Below are positions 62,055-64,000 of a DNA stretch of 64,000 bases, piece after piece; positions within the stretch are counted from its first letter, which is position 1, and every line of letters begins with the position of its first letter. Origin of the DNA: a virus (Duplodnaviria > Caudoviricetes). The notes beneath the pieces are model-generated. The model ran no database searches, had not been told where the DNA came from, and was given only the letters and a program-made list of their open reading frames with translations. The position numbers were made by a program, and so were the translations under genes. The DNA lies in the IMG/VR virus record IMGVR_UViG_3300043672_000039, positions 9,187 to 73,186 of that record. One strand, given 5' to 3'.

Positions 62055-62305
62055 TGCTATTTTTTCATTTTTTCTGGGCTTGGGCGCTAACTCGTTGGGC
62101 GAAGTTTCGCGGGTATGAGGTTTTGACGAGCATCGACGAGCTAGATCATCGTTTTCGGACGTGTGAGCCGTGCGAATTTTTCGAGAACGGATTTTGCAAC
62201 GCTTGCGGGTGCTTAGTGATGTCAAAAATTATGCTTTCGACCGAGAAATGCCCGAAAAATAAGTGGCAACGGGTATGGGTCAAGCGAGTGACTGTTAGGA
62301 AGTAG
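62051..62305 (+). CDS. Small Cys-rich protein
   Basis: R...C..CE.F....C..CGC....K....EKCP..KW. Confidence 0.65.
   Translation: MMLFFHFFWAWALTRWAKFRGYEVLTSIDELDHRFRTCEPCEFFENGFCNACGCLVMSKIMLSTEKCPKNKWQRVWVKRVTVRK
62288..62296 (+). promoter_or_regulatory. GTGACTGTT motif
   Basis: 8 nt before the GTG start of the HNH gene. Confidence 0.6.
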
Positions 62306-62880
62306 TGCCTACGTGTAAAATAGTGTTGAAAATCTGCTCTAAATGTAAAATCGGGAAAGCCATGGAAGCTTTTTACCGCATGACGGCGAGTCCTGATGAG
62401 CGGGGGGCGTGGTGTCGCGAATGCTGTCGGAAACACAATCGCCGAGCATCAAAATCGTGGCGAGAACAGAATCATGCGCAGTTTTTAGCCACTCGTCAAA
62501 AGAGATATCAAAAAGATCATACACGAATACGGAACCTCGACAATATTTATCTGGCTCATCGGGCAAAAACAGACGTGGCGTTTCACCTGTTGAAAAATCT
62601 TCGCACCCGGCTTTATAAGGCGATTAAAGGAGCCCAAAAATCTGCCGTCACCACGAAATTGTTAGGCACAGATTTTTCCGGGCTGCGCAAGCATCTAGAA
62701 ATTCGTTTTGTTCCCGGTATGACATGGAAAAATTATGGTCCGGTATGGCATGTGGATCATATCATCCCCTGCGCTCGATTCGATCTTCGGATTCCCAAGC
62801 AGCAGCGGATTTGTTTTCATTATACAAATTTACAACCGTTATTTGCGGAGGAAAATCGAAAGAAAGGGGACAGAGTTTAA
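62305..62880 (+). CDS. HNH-type endonuclease with Zn-finger N-terminus
   Basis: KICSKC...F...C.EC, GMTWKNYG..WHVDHIIPC...CFHYTNLQPL. Confidence 0.85.
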   Translation: MPTCKIVLKICSKCKIGKAMEAFYRMTASPDERGAWCRECCRKHNRRASKSWREQNHAQFLATRQKRYQKDHTRIRNLDNIYLAHRAKTDVAFHLLKNLRTRLYKAIKGAQKSAVTTKLLGTDFSGLRKHLEIRFVPGMTWKNYGPVWHVDHIIPCARFDLRIPKQQRICFHYTNLQPLFAEENRKKGDRV

Positions 62881-62883
62881 ACG

Positions 62884-64000
62884 ATGCCAAAAAGCACGAC
62901 GTTTACAGTCGCGGATACCAAAGGTTCGGGATATCCTTCAAACTCTCCTCTCGGCTCAATTATTCAAAGTCCGGAGATTGACAGCAAAGGAAAACCGACT
63001 CAACACTCGATTAAAGATGCTGGGATGGCGCGGGATATCGTGAAGACCATCGTCGCCGCCGGACGAAACCGTTCCATCGTCAACTCCCGCATTCTGGCGA
63101 AGTATAACGCGGAGCGTCCATATGACGCGCAGAAGCTTGAGGCCGAAGGACTGGGCTGGCGTTCGAATTTTACGACTAAGCCGCTCCCATCGATGATTGA
63201 AAAAGTCGCGCCGCGATTCTCCGAGGCGGTTGAGGGGCTCAAATATCTCACTAATTCAAGTCTGTCCGACAAGTGGCAACGCGCGGTCGAGAAGACGGAA
63301 AAATTTCGCGAGGTAATCACCAAAACCATTCGAGGCCGGAAGGGTTGGAAGACTCTCATTGATGATATTGCTTTTGATAACGCGATTTTTGGGCATACCA
63401 TTGTTGCGGGCATCGATGAGTTTAGCTGGTTTCCGAAACATTTTAAACAGGACGAATCCTTTGTTGCAGACGGAACGAAAGCCGACCCGCGCTGGGCTCA
63501 AATCGTCGTGCTCAAGGAAGTGTATCTTCCCCACGAACTTTTCGAGCAAATTAAAGATACCGAAGCAGCTAAAGATTCCGGATGGAATCTGGAAAACACG
63601 CGAACAGCAATCAATACTGCTTCGCCCGCCCAAATCCGTGATCGACTCAACGTTGGAGGAACCCTTGAAACTTGGGCGCAGAACGCCATACGAGAGCTTA
63701 CAATCGGAGCGAGTTACATGGCCGGGGCTTCGGTTATTGTCGTTTACAGCCTACTTGCCCGGGAAGTCACCGGAAAAGTTTCTCATTATCGTTTGGCCGG
63801 TCCTGAGATGCTGGACATTTTCAGTCGGGATGATCGTTTCCCATCCTTTGAAGACTGCGCTGCGTTTTTCAGTTTTCAAAAAGGGAACGGAACGCTTCAC
63901 GGCAGCAAAGGCGTGGGGCGGGACATCTATGAACTTGCTGGCATGGTGGATCGCACTCGTAACGAAGTCGTGGATCGACTTGTTATGGCGGGCAAGACCA
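62884..64000 (+). CDS. Portal protein (3'-truncated, not in ORF track)
   Basis: ATG 62884 open to the window end (MPKSTTF...GWRSNF...AIFGH...HGSKGVGR...). Follows terL. Confidence 0.75.
   Translation, partial: MPKSTTFTVADTKGSGYPSNSPLGSIIQSPEIDSKGKPTQHSIKDAGMARDIVKTIVAAGRNRSIVNSRILAKYNAERPYDAQKLEAEGLGWRSNFTTKPLPSMIEKVAPRFSEAVEGLKYLTNSSLSDKWQRAVEKTEKFREVITKTIRGRKGWKTLIDDIAFDNAIFGHTIVAGIDEFSWFPKHFKQDESFVADGTKADPRWAQIVVLKEVYLPHELFEQIKDTEAAKDSGWNLENTRTAINTASPAQIRDRLNVGGTLETWAQNAIRELTIGASYMAGASVIVVYSLLAREVTGKVSHYRLAGPEMLDIFSRDDRFPSFEDCAAFFSFQKGNGTLHGSKGVGRDIYELAGMVDRTRNEVVDRLVMAGKT

Noticed and set aside
1-64000. Alternative genetic code
   Set aside because: Genes tile tightly under code 11, and TAA, TGA and TAG all serve as stops at coupled junctions

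Overview
The whole window is a tailed dsDNA phage genome, probably most of one circularly permuted genome. It opens in the 3' end of a probable major capsid gene and ends inside the portal gene, so the rest of the head module lies outside. Plus strand 1-25.5 kb holds virion decoration/tail genes, a holin/lipoprotein pair, tail adaptor and nozzle-like genes, a GNAT, and podovirus-type internal (ejection) proteins, including a 2419-aa multidomain protein. Minus strand 25.5-50 kb holds replication and early genes: Nudix hydrolase, phosphoesterase, RuvC, sigma factor, primase-helicase, PolA, SSB-like, PD-(D/E)xK nuclease, SF2 helicase, nucleotide enzymes and many small ORFs. Plus strand 50.3-64 kb holds gmd, a TerS candidate, a trypsin-like protease, FN3 proteins, a serine recombinase, tRNA-fMet, TerL and portal. 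Seven free-standing homing endonucleases are scattered throughout. Four patterns stand out. (1) The 9-mer GTGACTGTT sits 5-8 nt before start codons at 10 sites, suggesting a leaderless regulon read by the phage sigma; five sigma70-type promoters also end exactly 6 nt before ATG, and the phage carries its own initiator tRNA. (2) The 2419-aa ejection protein is punctuated by six G-Q/G-x-Q-P linkers that separate its domains, downstream of a zincin protease domain, suggesting a self-processing effector cassette. (3) A 202-bp inverted repeat at the strand switch has nine transition differences that all give G.T pairs on the plus strand. (4) A perfect 28-bp palindrome lies just upstream of the polymerase operon. 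All product calls come from motif recognition by eye, not database searches. The host is not determined.
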